Part shown: positions 37,323-48,871 of the stretch, in pieces
Layout: the number at the start of each line of letters is the position of its first letter
Numbering within the stretch: position 1 is the stretch's first letter
DNA from: Candidatus Gottesmanbacteria bacterium
Lineage (GTDB): Bacteria; Patescibacteriota; Microgenomatia; UBA10105; UBA927
Direction: 5' to 3'
Assembly (NCBI GenBank): GCA_030679255.1
Contig: JAUXTO010000030.1
Coordinates: 3,420 to 67,419 of the forward strand
Length of the DNA stretch: 64,000 bases
Position numbers and translations under genes: made by a program
Notes under the pieces: generated by a model
Seen by the model: the letters and a program-made list of their open reading frames with translations, nothing else
Told to the model about the DNA's origin: nothing
Databases searched by the model: none

Positions 37323-39240
37323 GTTCACGAGCTTTTTCTTTGTTGTTACACGCATCGCGCTGAGCCACACTTTCATACAGCGTAAGGGCAATATCAGGAA
37401 CGAGACTTGCCTGACGTGCGTGGACAAAAGCAGCGAGGGCTTCATCACACTGGCCATCAAATAATTCTGCAAGTCCCAAATACGTGTAACCATCCTGTTC
37501 TTCTATATCACTTTTATAGAGTATTGCTTGCTGAAAATATCGTTTCGCATCAAGAAGTTTTCCTCCGCGGAGAAGAATTTTTCCGATGGTGATACGGCTA
37601 TCGGCATACACGCTCAACACATCCGAAAGCATGAGATGATGATACCGGCTAAGAATTCCACTGCGTGGATCTTGAAAGGTACTCCAAAGCCGATCGTTCA
37701 TGTCGATATACGCGGCAAGCGCAGGCAGTTCGTCTTTCTTCGTGAGTTTATACACGAGTCCATATGGCACCCAAAACCATCCGTCGTCTATAGCAAATGT
37801 CGTATTACTATAGATGGGGACGCGGTCACGGTTCGCGCCGACGAACGCTTTTGCAAATGCGCCTGGAGCACTTTCCGGCACGATAAGATCCCCAAACCTC
37901 TGCTTGATGATCATCGGATAATCGGCACTCCATAACCGGTTTGCGTGAATGAGCGCGATATCCGGTCTCCACCCTAACCCATACCGCACATATTGACTGA
38001 CAAAAAGCGGCGTGTCACGGCTCACCAAAAGAAGAGACCCCGCCGGCAATCCCGCCATGATATCCTTTCCCAATGCATCGGCCGTACGATCTGACCGGAG
38101 TCCCCAAAACCTCCAAATTGTCATTGATACCATCGATATCGAAAACAACAATACACCAGCAGTGATCGCTAGCCTCAAAAGGTGAGACCTTTTAAGGCTA
38201 AATTTACGTATAGCTGAAACACCAACTCCCATGAGTATCGAAAGAAGTGTATATGACGGTAATAAAAATCGTTCGTATGTCCCTAAACTAAACCGGTTCA
38301 TGAGGGGGAAACTCGCATAAAAGAAAAATCCGGGTCCTATGAACAGTATCGCCAAAAAAAGAAACCAGAAAGCCGTGCGTTTCTGCCGCCATAATTGGAC
38401 AAACCCCGCAGTCGCAAAGAGCACCCCTACCCAGGACAAATCCATCAGAACGAATTGCCCGTACGCTTTCAACTGGAGCAATCGGTGAATCGGGAGCGCA
38501 CCATAAAACCCGTTGGCGACGAATGATCCGTAATCCTGCCGTGTCAAAAGCCGTAGAAATCCCGGAACATCAACTGCCCGGTCCCAATTGATGATTGCCC
38601 CTCCCCGGGCGGCGATCGGTATATATAAGTATGGAAGTAGTCCAAGCAGAAAAAATATTGCACACAATAGAGAGACTTTTTTGAGACTTTTGACGTGACT
38701 CCAAATGAACCATCCTATCGAAGGAACCAAAAACAACATCACATGATGATGCGTGAGTGACAGTCCAAATATAAATGAAAAAAGGAAGAGATAGCGACTG
38801 TTCCGTGTTTCACTCCAAAGAATCAAGAGATAAACTATGAGAACAACAAACAAATCAAATAACGCAAATACTTCCGGGGTTGTGCTATAAAGAAAAAAAG
38901 GATAATTTCCGCCGAGCATAAGGACGGCAAAGAGTCCGGCGCTTGCCGAGCTTCCTAACCGTCGGACAATGAGATAAACAAACCCTAGTGTAAGCGCGTG
39001 TGGTATCGAAGACATGAGACCAGCGCGCCAAGCAGGAGTAAATAAAGGCATTCTCGTTGCGAGCCATACCAACCACGTGTAGAGCGGATACCCCGGCGGG
39101 TGGGGGACACCAAATTCGTAGGCTGCCGTGACCAAATCTCCACTATCACCGCCAAAAATTCCCGTTGCTTGAAAAAGAAGATACACGACCAATGCTCCGG
39201 CAGCTATGACCATTGCAATAGCCATCGTTGACCATTTCAT
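37264..39240 (-). CDS. DUF2723/TMEM260-like membrane glycosyltransferase-fold protein with C-terminal TPR repeats
   Basis: N-terminal GDSGDLVTAAYEFGVPHPPGYPLYTWL motif of the DUF2723 (GT-C-like) family, many TM helices, and a C-terminal TPR-like region. Likely start MKWSTMAIA. Confidence 0.55.
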   Translation of the reverse strand: MKWSTMAIAMVIAAGALVVYLLFQATGIFGGDSGDLVTAAYEFGVPHPPGYPLYTWLVWLATRMPLFTPAWRAGLMSSIPHALTLGFVYLIVRRLGSSASAGLFAVLMLGGNYPFFLYSTTPEVFALFDLFVVLIVYLLILWSETRNSRYLFLFSFIFGLSLTHHHVMLFLVPSIGWFIWSHVKSLKKVSLLCAIFFLLGLLPYLYIPIAARGGAIINWDRAVDVPGFLRLLTRQDYGSFVANGFYGALPIHRLLQLKAYGQFVLMDLSWVGVLFATAGFVQLWRQKRTAFWFLFLAILFIGPGFFFYASFPLMNRFSLGTYERFLLPSYTLLSILMGVGVSAIRKFSLKRSHLLRLAITAGVLLFSISMVSMTIWRFWGLRSDRTADALGKDIMAGLPAGSLLLVSRDTPLFVSQYVRYGLGWRPDIALIHANRLWSADYPMIIKQRFGDLIVPESAPGAFAKAFVGANRDRVPIYSNTTFAIDDGWFWVPYGLVYKLTKKDELPALAAYIDMNDRLWSTFQDPRSGILSRYHHLMLSDVLSVYADSRITIGKILLRGGKLLDAKRYFQQAILYKSDIEEQDGYTYLGLAELFDGQCDEALAAFVHARQASLVPDIALTLYESVAQRDACNNKEKARELMRMYEAARQKEEIPLGGQ

Positions 39241-39254
39241 GAGGAGTTGGAGAT

Positions 39255-39764
39255 TTATTGTACGCAGTAATAACAATCTGTACCTGCGGTGCCACCTGTC
39301 TGTGACTTACAGGTAGCCCCTGATGTCTGTCCGTCTGAGGCAAACAACGTCACCGGGTCTTCCTGGAATGATTTGGATTCCGGTTTAAAACAGGATGCAA
39401 CATGTTCAGAGCTCGTCGATGTAATGAAAATCTTGGACAAATTCCCAGTCCCTGCTAAATCGATAAATCGTGCCTTGAGCTCTCCTGCATTTATCAAATC
39501 TGTAATTTCGCTCCCCATCGAATTGACGGGTTTAGCCGTAAACGAGGTACCGGTTCCCCACATAAAATTACCTTTCGTAGCATACGCCCGGAGATTCGCA
39601 TTATAAAATTCAGCCGTGGTGTTGCGAAGCGATGTATCCCGGCCTTTTTTCAATTGTTCAAATGGATCAATCGTGGCCAATAGTCCTACAGCCAGTGATC
39701 CGAGAAGCGCTATGACGATAAGAAGTTCAATGAGGGTGAAACCTTTTTGCAAATGTTTTATCAT
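39255..39764 (-). CDS. type IV pilin (candidate major pilin)
   Basis: MIKHLQKGFTLIELLIVIALLGSLAVGLLA. Sits immediately downstream of pilC. Confidence 0.8.
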   Translation of the reverse strand: MIKHLQKGFTLIELLIVIALLGSLAVGLLATIDPFEQLKKGRDTSLRNTTAEFYNANLRAYATKGNFMWGTGTSFTAKPVNSMGSEITDLINAGELKARFIDLAGTGNLSKIFITSTSSEHVASCFKPESKSFQEDPVTLFASDGQTSGATCKSQTGGTAGTDCYYCVQ

Positions 39765-39817
39765 AATTATTTCCTCTCTATCTGGTGTATCACCCATGAA
39801 TATATCTTGTCAATAGG

Positions 39818-41029
39818 TCACTTGAACTGGGCCGTCAGATTATAAATCGGCGTGATGACGGAAATGACGATAAACCCGACCCCAACCCCCAATACAATCA
39901 TAATGATGGGTTCTATGGCCGTCGTCAAACCCCGGACAAGGTGCTCGGATTCGCTTTCAAAATACCGGGAAAGCTTGACAAGCGTATCATCGAGTTTCCC
40001 CGTTTCTTCACCAACTTTCATCATCTGAGAGACAATCGGCGGGAAAACGTCGTACTGGGCAAACGTATCCCCTAAGGGAAAACCCTTCTCCACTTTTTTA
40101 CTGATTTCATCGATAGCATTACGGAAACGGACATTGCCCAACGAATCCCGGAGCGTCTGGAGTCCCTGTAAAATATGAATACCAGCACTGATAAGCATAG
40201 CCAAGGTTCGCGTAAACTCGACCAGGAGTACTTTTTTCGTAAGATCACCAAACAAAGGTAATTTTAGGGTAATACTGTCCACCATGAGTTCACCAATAGG
40301 AGTTTTCTTCCACTTGCCGTATGCGATGGAGAGCCCCACCATGATGGCGATCATGAGCCACCAAAAATGCACAAAAAACGTTGAGAGTGATATGAGAATT
40401 TTCGTGGGAGTCGGTAAATCAATGCCAAAATCTTTATAGAGATCCGTGAGTTTCGGGACGACCACCGTCATCATGACCATGACGACGGCGACCATACCGA
40501 TCATGATGATGACCGGATAGACCATGGCCCCTTTCACTTTGCTCCGGAATTCGGCCTGAGATTCGAGCGTGTCAGCCAGTCGCGCGAGCACTTTATCGAG
40601 GGTACCGGAAGATTCACCGGCGCGAACGAGCGCAATATAAATAGGACTAAACGCTTCAGGGTACTTGGCTAATGAATCTCCTAAATTTCCGCCGCCCGTG
40701 ATTTGCACCTCAACATCGGCGATCAAACGGACAAACGCAGGATTCGTAGTCTGTGAGCGAAGAATCGTGAGCGCATCCGGAAGCGATAGACCGGCGACAA
40801 TCATGGTGGCAAGCTGCCGGGTAAAGGCAACCACATCCCCATAGCCGACTTTTTTAAACTTCGCAAGGATATCCGAAACTCCGGATTGTGCGTGGGTTTC
40901 TTTGATGGAAACGACAAAAAGCTCCCGGGACCGAAGCAATTTGACGGCACTATCCGCGCTTGGGGATTCTACGGTGCCGTCTGCCACCTCCCCATCTTTA
41001 TCCCGCGCTTTGTAGGTAAAAAAAGCCAT
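39818..41029 (-). CDS. pilC: type IV pilus platform protein PilC (GspF family)
   Basis: 403 aa with duplicated GspF domains and three TM segments. Confidence 0.9.
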   Translation of the reverse strand: MAFFTYKARDKDGEVADGTVESPSADSAVKLLRSRELFVVSIKETHAQSGVSDILAKFKKVGYGDVVAFTRQLATMIVAGLSLPDALTILRSQTTNPAFVRLIADVEVQITGGGNLGDSLAKYPEAFSPIYIALVRAGESSGTLDKVLARLADTLESQAEFRSKVKGAMVYPVIIMIGMVAVVMVMMTVVVPKLTDLYKDFGIDLPTPTKILISLSTFFVHFWWLMIAIMVGLSIAYGKWKKTPIGELMVDSITLKLPLFGDLTKKVLLVEFTRTLAMLISAGIHILQGLQTLRDSLGNVRFRNAIDEISKKVEKGFPLGDTFAQYDVFPPIVSQMMKVGEETGKLDDTLVKLSRYFESESEHLVRGLTTAIEPIIMIVLGVGVGFIVISVITPIYNLTAQFK

Positions 41030-41030
41030 C

Positions 41031-42086
41031 TTACATTCCCTTCAGCAGTCGATTCATGTCCTCTGGCCGGAGCGCGTAGGAGATGGCCGTTTCCGCCGAT
41101 ATTTTGCCTTCTTTCACGGCTTTGGCAAGGGCGGTTTCCAAAAGCATCATGCCGAGCTCACCCGACGTTTGAATGATGTTATCGACGAGATGACTCTTTC
41201 CTTCGCGGATGGTTGTCCGGACCGCAGGACTTGCCGTGAGTACTTCAGCGATAGCCACACGGCCACCTCCTGCCGCAGGAATCAGACGCTGTGCGAGGAT
41301 TCCTTCTAGGACGCTCGAGAGCTGCATGCGGACCTGGGGTTGTTGATTTTCCGGAAAAACGTCGACGATGCGGTCGATGCTCTGAGCTGCGGAGTTGGTG
41401 TGGAGGGTGGCAAAGACTAAATGTCCGGTTTCGGCAACCGTGAGGGCCGCAGCGATCGTTTCATAATCGCGCATTTCGCCGACGAGCACGACATCCGGAT
41501 CTTCCCGGAGCGAACTTCTCAGTGCCGCGTTCCATGAATGCGTATCGCTATGCATTTCGCGTTGGGACACGATCGAAAGACCCTTCGGATAAATAAACTC
41601 AATCGGATCCTCGACGGTGACTATGTGATTGGCCGTCTTCATATTGATCGTGTTGATCATGGCAGCCAAGGTCGTCGATTTTCCATGACCCGTGGGCCCG
41701 GTGACGAGGACCAAACCCTGGCGGAGCTTCACAAATTCGTGACAAATAGCAGGGAGACCCAATTCATCAATTGTTTTAATTTTGGCCGGAATGAGGCGGA
41801 ATGAGGCGGCAATCGTACCTTGCTGATAATACAAATTGGTACGGAACCGGCCCGTATCGCTTGTCACCGAGAGATCAATTTCTTTATTCGTCGTAAGCAG
41901 TTCTTTTTGTTCCGGAGTGAGCACGCCCGTCGCAAGCCCCTCGGTATCCTGGGACGTCAAAACGGATTCAGAAGGAATAGGTGCAAGTTTCCCACTGACC
42001 CGCATCATGGGGGGAAATCCGACAATAAAGTGGAGATCATTGGCTTCAAGCCGTGCGGCTTCAGAAAAAAGTTGTTGGATATCCAT
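41031..42086 (-). CDS. pilT: type IV pilus retraction ATPase PilT
   Basis: 351 aa. Walker A GPTGHGKSTT. Close N-terminal match to the PilT consensus. AIRxLIRE-type motif AVRTTIREGK. Confidence 0.85.
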   Translation of the reverse strand: MDIQQLFSEAARLEANDLHFIVGFPPMMRVSGKLAPIPSESVLTSQDTEGLATGVLTPEQKELLTTNKEIDLSVTSDTGRFRTNLYYQQGTIAASFRLIPAKIKTIDELGLPAICHEFVKLRQGLVLVTGPTGHGKSTTLAAMINTINMKTANHIVTVEDPIEFIYPKGLSIVSQREMHSDTHSWNAALRSSLREDPDVVLVGEMRDYETIAAALTVAETGHLVFATLHTNSAAQSIDRIVDVFPENQQPQVRMQLSSVLEGILAQRLIPAAGGGRVAIAEVLTASPAVRTTIREGKSHLVDNIIQTSGELGMMLLETALAKAVKEGKISAETAISYALRPEDMNRLLKGM

Positions 42087-42092
42087 AAAGTA

Positions 42093-43814
42093 TTAATCCT
42101 GCGCCACGCGCAAGACTTCTTCAAGGGTCGTCACCGCTTCAATCGCTTTGAGATACCCATCCTGTTTCATAGTAATCATGCCCTCGTGTATGGCAAGTTT
42201 TTCTATCTCCGCCATGGGAGCACGCTGCAAAATAAGCTTACTGAGCGTATCGCTTACCGGAAATACTTCATAGATACCCATGCGTCCGAGATACCCCGAT
42301 CCGCCACAGGATTGACACGGTTGGCCATTGACCGTACCCGTTCCGCGATACAGTTTAATCGGTTTATCCGATGGGATGAGGTTACCAAGCACATTCCGGA
42401 TATCCGCGGCAACCGCCGCATCAGGATCATATTCTTCTTTGCAGGTTGGGCATACGCGCCGTGAAATGCGCTGCCCGACGACAGCGTTAAGCGCCGAGGC
42501 GACGAGAAATGGTTCTGCACCAAGATCCAGAAGCCGGGGGATGGCGCCGGCCGCGTTATTGGTGTGCAGCGTCGAAAAAACCAAATGTCCGGTGAGAGCA
42601 GCCTGTATGGCCAAGTCCGTCGTTTCCGTGTCGCGGATTTCTCCGACCAGGATGATGTTCGGGTCTTGGCGGAGAAAAGACCGGAGTCCCGTGGCAAACG
42701 TGAGACCAGCCGCAGGATTTATTTGCACCTGATTGACCCCGCTGATTTCATACTCAACCGGATCCTCAAGCGTCATGATATTGACCCGGGGATTATTGAG
42801 TTTAGCAAGGACTGCGTAAAGTGTGGTCGTTTTCCCCGAACCCGTCGGCCCGGTGACGAGATTGATGCCATGCGGCCGGGAAATACTCGTCTCTAAATTT
42901 TTGAGGGACAAACCGCGCAGTCCCAACTCCTGCATGGTGGGAATCCCGCCGGATTTTTTGAGAAGCCGCATGACCACTTTTTCGCCGTGAACTGTGGGGA
43001 GCGTCGATACCCGAAGATCCACTTCATTATCTCCCATTTTAAAGTTAAAGCGTCCATCCTGCGGGATACGCTTCTCGTCAATTTTCAAATCTGCGAGTAT
43101 TTTGATCCGGGACACAACCGCGTCTTGGAGCCCTCTGGGGAGCGCCAACCGTTCCTGCAAAATTCCATCGACGCGATAGCGTACCCGTGTCTCTCCGATT
43201 TGCGGTTCGATGTGGATATCCGAAGCGCGTATCCGCATCGCCTGCTCAAGAACCGCAGATACAATTTGAGCAATCGGCGCTTCACGGATAACCTCACCGA
43301 GTTTCCCGGCTTCATAGGTCTTTATCGCCGACGGGGTCGTTTCTTTAAGCGCCGCAGTAACATCTGCACCAAGATTTTGGTTATAGAGCTCATTGATGTG
43401 GGCGATGATATCCTCGCTCGTTGCCATGAAGGGCTTAATGGTCTTCCCGGATTTCTTTTCCAAAAATTCTATAACCTGAAAGTCTAAGGGGTCTTTCATA
43501 GCCACGGACAATAGTTTCGTCGGTTCATCAAAAAGAAAAGGAATGAGCACATACCGCCGGGCAACAGGCTCAGGGATAAATTCGACAACATCCGGAGAAA
43601 TTGCTTTACCCTCAAGCATGACAAACGGGATATTGAGCGCCTTGGCCCGGGCGGCAACGAGAACCGCATCGGAGACGAATTGTCGTTTAGAGAGGAGCGA
43701 TTCAATGGGAGTACCGGTATTGAGCGATTCTAGCCGAATGGCGTCCGCCTGCGCCTGAGTAAGGTGGGCGTCAGCGGTCAGTATGGTCAGTAATTCCTGG
43801 GCAGTCGTGGGCAT
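42093..43814 (-). CDS. pilB: type IV pilus assembly ATPase PilB (GspE family)
   Basis: 573 aa. Walker A GPTGSGKTTT. Tetracysteine Zn motif CPTCK...CQSCGGSGY. Confidence 0.9.
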   Translation of the reverse strand: MPTTAQELLTILTADAHLTQAQADAIRLESLNTGTPIESLLSKRQFVSDAVLVAARAKALNIPFVMLEGKAISPDVVEFIPEPVARRYVLIPFLFDEPTKLLSVAMKDPLDFQVIEFLEKKSGKTIKPFMATSEDIIAHINELYNQNLGADVTAALKETTPSAIKTYEAGKLGEVIREAPIAQIVSAVLEQAMRIRASDIHIEPQIGETRVRYRVDGILQERLALPRGLQDAVVSRIKILADLKIDEKRIPQDGRFNFKMGDNEVDLRVSTLPTVHGEKVVMRLLKKSGGIPTMQELGLRGLSLKNLETSISRPHGINLVTGPTGSGKTTTLYAVLAKLNNPRVNIMTLEDPVEYEISGVNQVQINPAAGLTFATGLRSFLRQDPNIILVGEIRDTETTDLAIQAALTGHLVFSTLHTNNAAGAIPRLLDLGAEPFLVASALNAVVGQRISRRVCPTCKEEYDPDAAVAADIRNVLGNLIPSDKPIKLYRGTGTVNGQPCQSCGGSGYLGRMGIYEVFPVSDTLSKLILQRAPMAEIEKLAIHEGMITMKQDGYLKAIEAVTTLEEVLRVAQD

Positions 43815-43881
43815 ACTCCATCCATTATCAACTAGCGATCATATATAATGCAAGATGCGGGAACAAACCGGAGCGCAAAAA

Positions 43882-44010
43882 TTCCAAGCACCAAGCAACA
43901 AATACCAAACAAACTCAAAGCACCAATGTGCAAAAAAATAAAACGGTTTCGAACATTTGAATTTGGAATTTTGTATTTGTTTGGAATTTGGTGCTTGAGA
44001 TTTGGAATTT
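43882..44010. repeat. family-4 long hairpin (ccaagcaccaagcaacaaataccaaacaaa ... tttgtatttgtttggaatttggtgcttgag)
   Basis: Intergenic, between pilB and holB. Confidence 0.6.
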
Positions 44011-44023
44011 AAATTTTAAATGT

Positions 44024-44725
44024 ATGCATGCATATATCATTACTGGGGGCACAACCAAAGAGCGTAGTGAAAAAATTCAATCGCTTTTACAAGAGCGTGC
44101 TATTTCTCCGCACGACATTACGACCATTCTCCCTGATCCCAGCACAATCGGTATCGATCCGATCCGCGCGGTGCTACCTCGACTATCTGTGAGTCCGATG
44201 GGTGGTACTACTCACGCGGTAATCATACATTTGGCTCATACCATGACCCCCGAGGCCCAAAATGCATTCCTCAAAACACTCGAAGAGCCGCCTGGCGAAG
44301 CGATAATCTATCTGGAAACCGATCAGCCTGAAGCCCTCCTGCCGACGATTCTGTCCCGCTGTCAGATCATCCGTCTCACCGACAATAGTGACAGGGTCTC
44401 GCCCTGTCAAAAAGATCTGGATGCATCGGCCCAGTGTTTAAAAACCATTTATCAACTCCTCGCGGCTTCAGTGGGGGAGCGGCTTAAAATCATCGATATC
44501 TCCGTCAAAACCCGTGACGATGCCCTCGCCTTCGTCAATCAGTGCATTCAATCCCTTCACCATCATCTTCGCATGACAGGGTCTCGCCCTGTCACCCTTC
44601 CTCCCTCCTTAAATCTTTCTCAAACAATATCCGCTAAACTTCTCCGTTCTCTCCTCACCGCCCGCACTCAAATCCAGGGTAACATCACCCCCAAACTCGC
44701 CCTTGACGCTGTTTTTCTCTCCTGA
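44024..44725 (+). CDS. holB: DNA polymerase III delta' subunit
   Basis: MHAYIITGG, LKTLEEPP and SRCQ motifs. Two family-2 palindromes in frame (44389, 44574). The TGA stop lies inside a third copy (44723). Confidence 0.7.
   Translation: MHAYIITGGTTKERSEKIQSLLQERAISPHDITTILPDPSTIGIDPIRAVLPRLSVSPMGGTTHAVIIHLAHTMTPEAQNAFLKTLEEPPGEAIIYLETDQPEALLPTILSRCQIIRLTDNSDRVSPCQKDLDASAQCLKTIYQLLAASVGERLKIIDISVKTRDDALAFVNQCIQSLHHHLRMTGSRPVTLPPSLNLSQTISAKLLRSLLTARTQIQGNITPKLALDAVFLS
44389..44409. repeat. family-2 palindrome in holB (encodes DRVSPCQ)
   Basis: tgacagggtctcgccctgtca. Confidence 0.75.
44574..44594. repeat. family-2 palindrome in holB (encodes MTGSRPVT)
   Basis: tgacagggtctcgccctgtca. Confidence 0.75.
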
Positions 44726-44743
44726 CAGGGTTCAACCCTGTCA
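44723..44743. repeat. family-2 palindrome variant supplying the holB stop codon
   Basis: cTGAcagggttcaaccctgtca. Confidence 0.7.
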
Positions 44744-44879
44744 ATCTTCTTTCCCCTGTGCCTATCCCAAAGCTACAACTTCCCAGCAACAATGACCTAT
44801 CCAGGTAACACCATCGACGCGAAACGAATAACATGAAGAAAAAGTTGACAGAGGAGGAGGGGGAGTATGATTTCCGATA

Positions 44880-45356
44880 ATGTATGTACTTATTCCAACA
44901 TCACTGGGAGGAGAGCGCAGCAGTGAACCACCATATGCAAGAACCCCGTTAGATGAAATTCCTGACGATCGGTGGGGAAATATATGGCTGAAGATGAATC
45001 GTCGTCCATACAGTGGTGTGCGCTTGGAATTTGATAGTGAAGAAGCTCGAATACTTGAACAGGCGGGATTGTTTAATCGTTTAATCGGTGGAAAAAAACC
45101 GAACACTGAACACCTAATTACAATTTTAACAGAAACTTTTACACAAGAAGCTGATGGACCAAGCAAAAATGTAACATTTGTTAGACTTACCGGAAAGTTT
45201 GATCAAACTTCAGGCCCAACAACTCCTGACGATACCGTCTTAGGCACAGTCTTTCCCCATGCTTTAACTGATCATTTCAAGCCATTGTTCACAAAATTAG
45301 TTAATAGCGGACGTGCTACAGTTCCAAAGGCATTGCTCAATTCTGTCAATCAATAG
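44880..45356 (+). CDS. hypothetical protein
   Basis: 158-aa ORF with an upstream G-rich RBS and no recognisable motifs. Confidence 0.35.
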   Translation: MYVLIPTSLGGERSSEPPYARTPLDEIPDDRWGNIWLKMNRRPYSGVRLEFDSEEARILEQAGLFNRLIGGKKPNTEHLITILTETFTQEADGPSKNVTFVRLTGKFDQTSGPTTPDDTVLGTVFPHALTDHFKPLFTKLVNSGRATVPKALLNSVNQ

Positions 45357-46080
45357 CCATCTTCCCAATCACGAACTTCGAATCCTCGCCGTAGTCCTCG
45401 ACAAAACTCTCATACGATAGGAAATCCCGATAATCTCTGCGTTGTGCCGATCGAAAATAATCTAAGATATGCTCCGGATGCAACCACGAGGCTTGCTTCA
45501 AGCGCAGATAATACGGATAACTCGAGTATGGATACTCCCTCACACTGACAGGGCGAGACCCTGTCACTTCTTTTGGATTCAAGTGAATGTACCGGGTGAC
45601 ATGAAGGAGATACGAATCGCGATCAATGTACGCCGCTTTATATGGCCCTTGAAACAATGTTCCAATTCGCTTATATCGCTTATTGAAATACATGGAATAG
45701 CTCGTACATATAGCTTGAAGGAAGTTTGCCATACCGTAAGATTCTTTTTGATAAAGCACCAAGTGAAAATGGTTTGGCATCAAACAGTAGGCGAGAAGGG
45801 AGACTTCTTCAGCAAATGAACGCAGTGGCCGTATTCTGACAGGGCGAGACCCTGTCATTTTATCTAACGGATGCTCCAAAACCTTTTTAGGATCCAATTG
45901 AGGAGAAAGGTATGCCTTTAAGAAGCTTAAAAACACCCGATAATCCTGATCGTCAAGGAATATCAACCGCTTTTCGACACCACGATTGTATGCGTGGTAA
46001 TTGCCACCCGCAACATAAAGCTTCACGGTATTTTGCGAAGGCATACACCGATAATAATTGACAGGGCGAGACCTTGTCAA
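45346..46080 (-). CDS. REP-associated tyrosine transposase (RAYT) / IS200-like HUH transposase
   Basis: YHAYNRG...LAYCLMPNHFHLVL...YIHLNP...YPYSSY has the HUH motif and Tyr region. Paralogous to ORF 1..572. Three family-2 palindromes in frame (45546, 45837, 46059), so the true start may be M at 46044. Confidence 0.75.
   Translation of the reverse strand: MTRSRPVNYYRCMPSQNTVKLYVAGGNYHAYNRGVEKRLIFLDDQDYRVFLSFLKAYLSPQLDPKKVLEHPLDKMTGSRPVRIRPLRSFAEEVSLLAYCLMPNHFHLVLYQKESYGMANFLQAICTSYSMYFNKRYKRIGTLFQGPYKAAYIDRDSYLLHVTRYIHLNPKEVTGSRPVSVREYPYSSYPYYLRLKQASWLHPEHILDYFRSAQRRDYRDFLSYESFVEDYGEDSKFVIGKMAID
45546..45566. repeat. family-2 palindrome inside RAYT gene (encodes VTGSRPVSV)
   Basis: tgacagggcgagaccctgtca. 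Confidence 0.75.
45837..45857. repeat. family-2 palindrome inside RAYT gene (encodes MTGSRPVRI)
   Basis: tgacagggcgagaccctgtca. Confidence 0.75.
46059..46079. repeat. family-2 palindrome variant at RAYT 5' end
   Basis: tgacagggcgagaccttgtca. Confidence 0.7.
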
Positions 46081-46112
46081 TTATTTTCTCCAAATCCTAC
46101 AATAAGCTATAG

Positions 46113-48131
<2,019 letters not shown>

Positions 48132-48242
48132 TAATGGAATCATCGAATTACGAATGAAGCCCGAATATACAAATACATTGATACCGTATCATTCGTATAT
48201 TCGAATTGATTCGATATTCGATGATAGTAAAAGGAGGAATGT

Positions 48243-48758
48243 ATGAACAAATTAACCGCGGGAAAAAATCCTCCCGCACAAATCAATGTTTTTGTAGAAA
48301 TCCCGCAGGGCGGGGATATCAAATACGAACTGGATAAAGAAACAGGCGTCGTATTCGTGGACCGCTTTCTCTACACGGCATTCCGGTATCCGTTTAACTA
48401 CGGTTTTGTTCCGGGAACCATGGCAAAAGATGGCGATCCCGTGGATGTCCTCGTATTAAGTGACAAATCCGTCGCTCCGGGCACCGTGATCCCGGCTGTC
48501 CCTATCGGGATGCTCGAGATGGAAGACGAAGAGGGGATAGATACCAAAATCCTCGCTGTCCCGACCCTCAAGGTTGATCCGTATTACGGCGCATGGAAGG
48601 ATATCGCCGATGTACCGCAAGCGATCAAAGATAAAATCAAGCACTTCTTCGAGCACTACAAAGAGCTCGAACCTGGCAAGTGGGTCAAGATCAAGGATTG
48701 GAAAGGGAAAGACGCCGCAATGGAAGACATAAAAAATGCCATCCCGGCGAGCAAATAA
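48243..48758 (+). CDS. ppa: inorganic pyrophosphatase
   Basis: Family I PPase motifs [11 protein letters not shown] and DGDPVDVLV. Confidence 0.9.
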   Translation: MNKLTAGKNPPAQINVFVEIPQGGDIKYELDKETGVVFVDRFLYTAFRYPFNYGFVPGTMAKDGDPVDVLVLSDKSVAPGTVIPAVPIGMLEMEDEEGIDTKILAVPTLKVDPYYGAWKDIADVPQAIKDKIKHFFEHYKELEPGKWVKIKDWKGKDAAMEDIKNAIPASK

Positions 48759-48871
48759 AATTAAGTCCGGCTTCACTTTCTCTCTGCTATAACGCTTATG
48801 GTTTGAGGGGAATGAAACCGAAGACGGATCTTAATTTTCGTTTGCGATGCAAAGGGATGGTTTGACGACGT

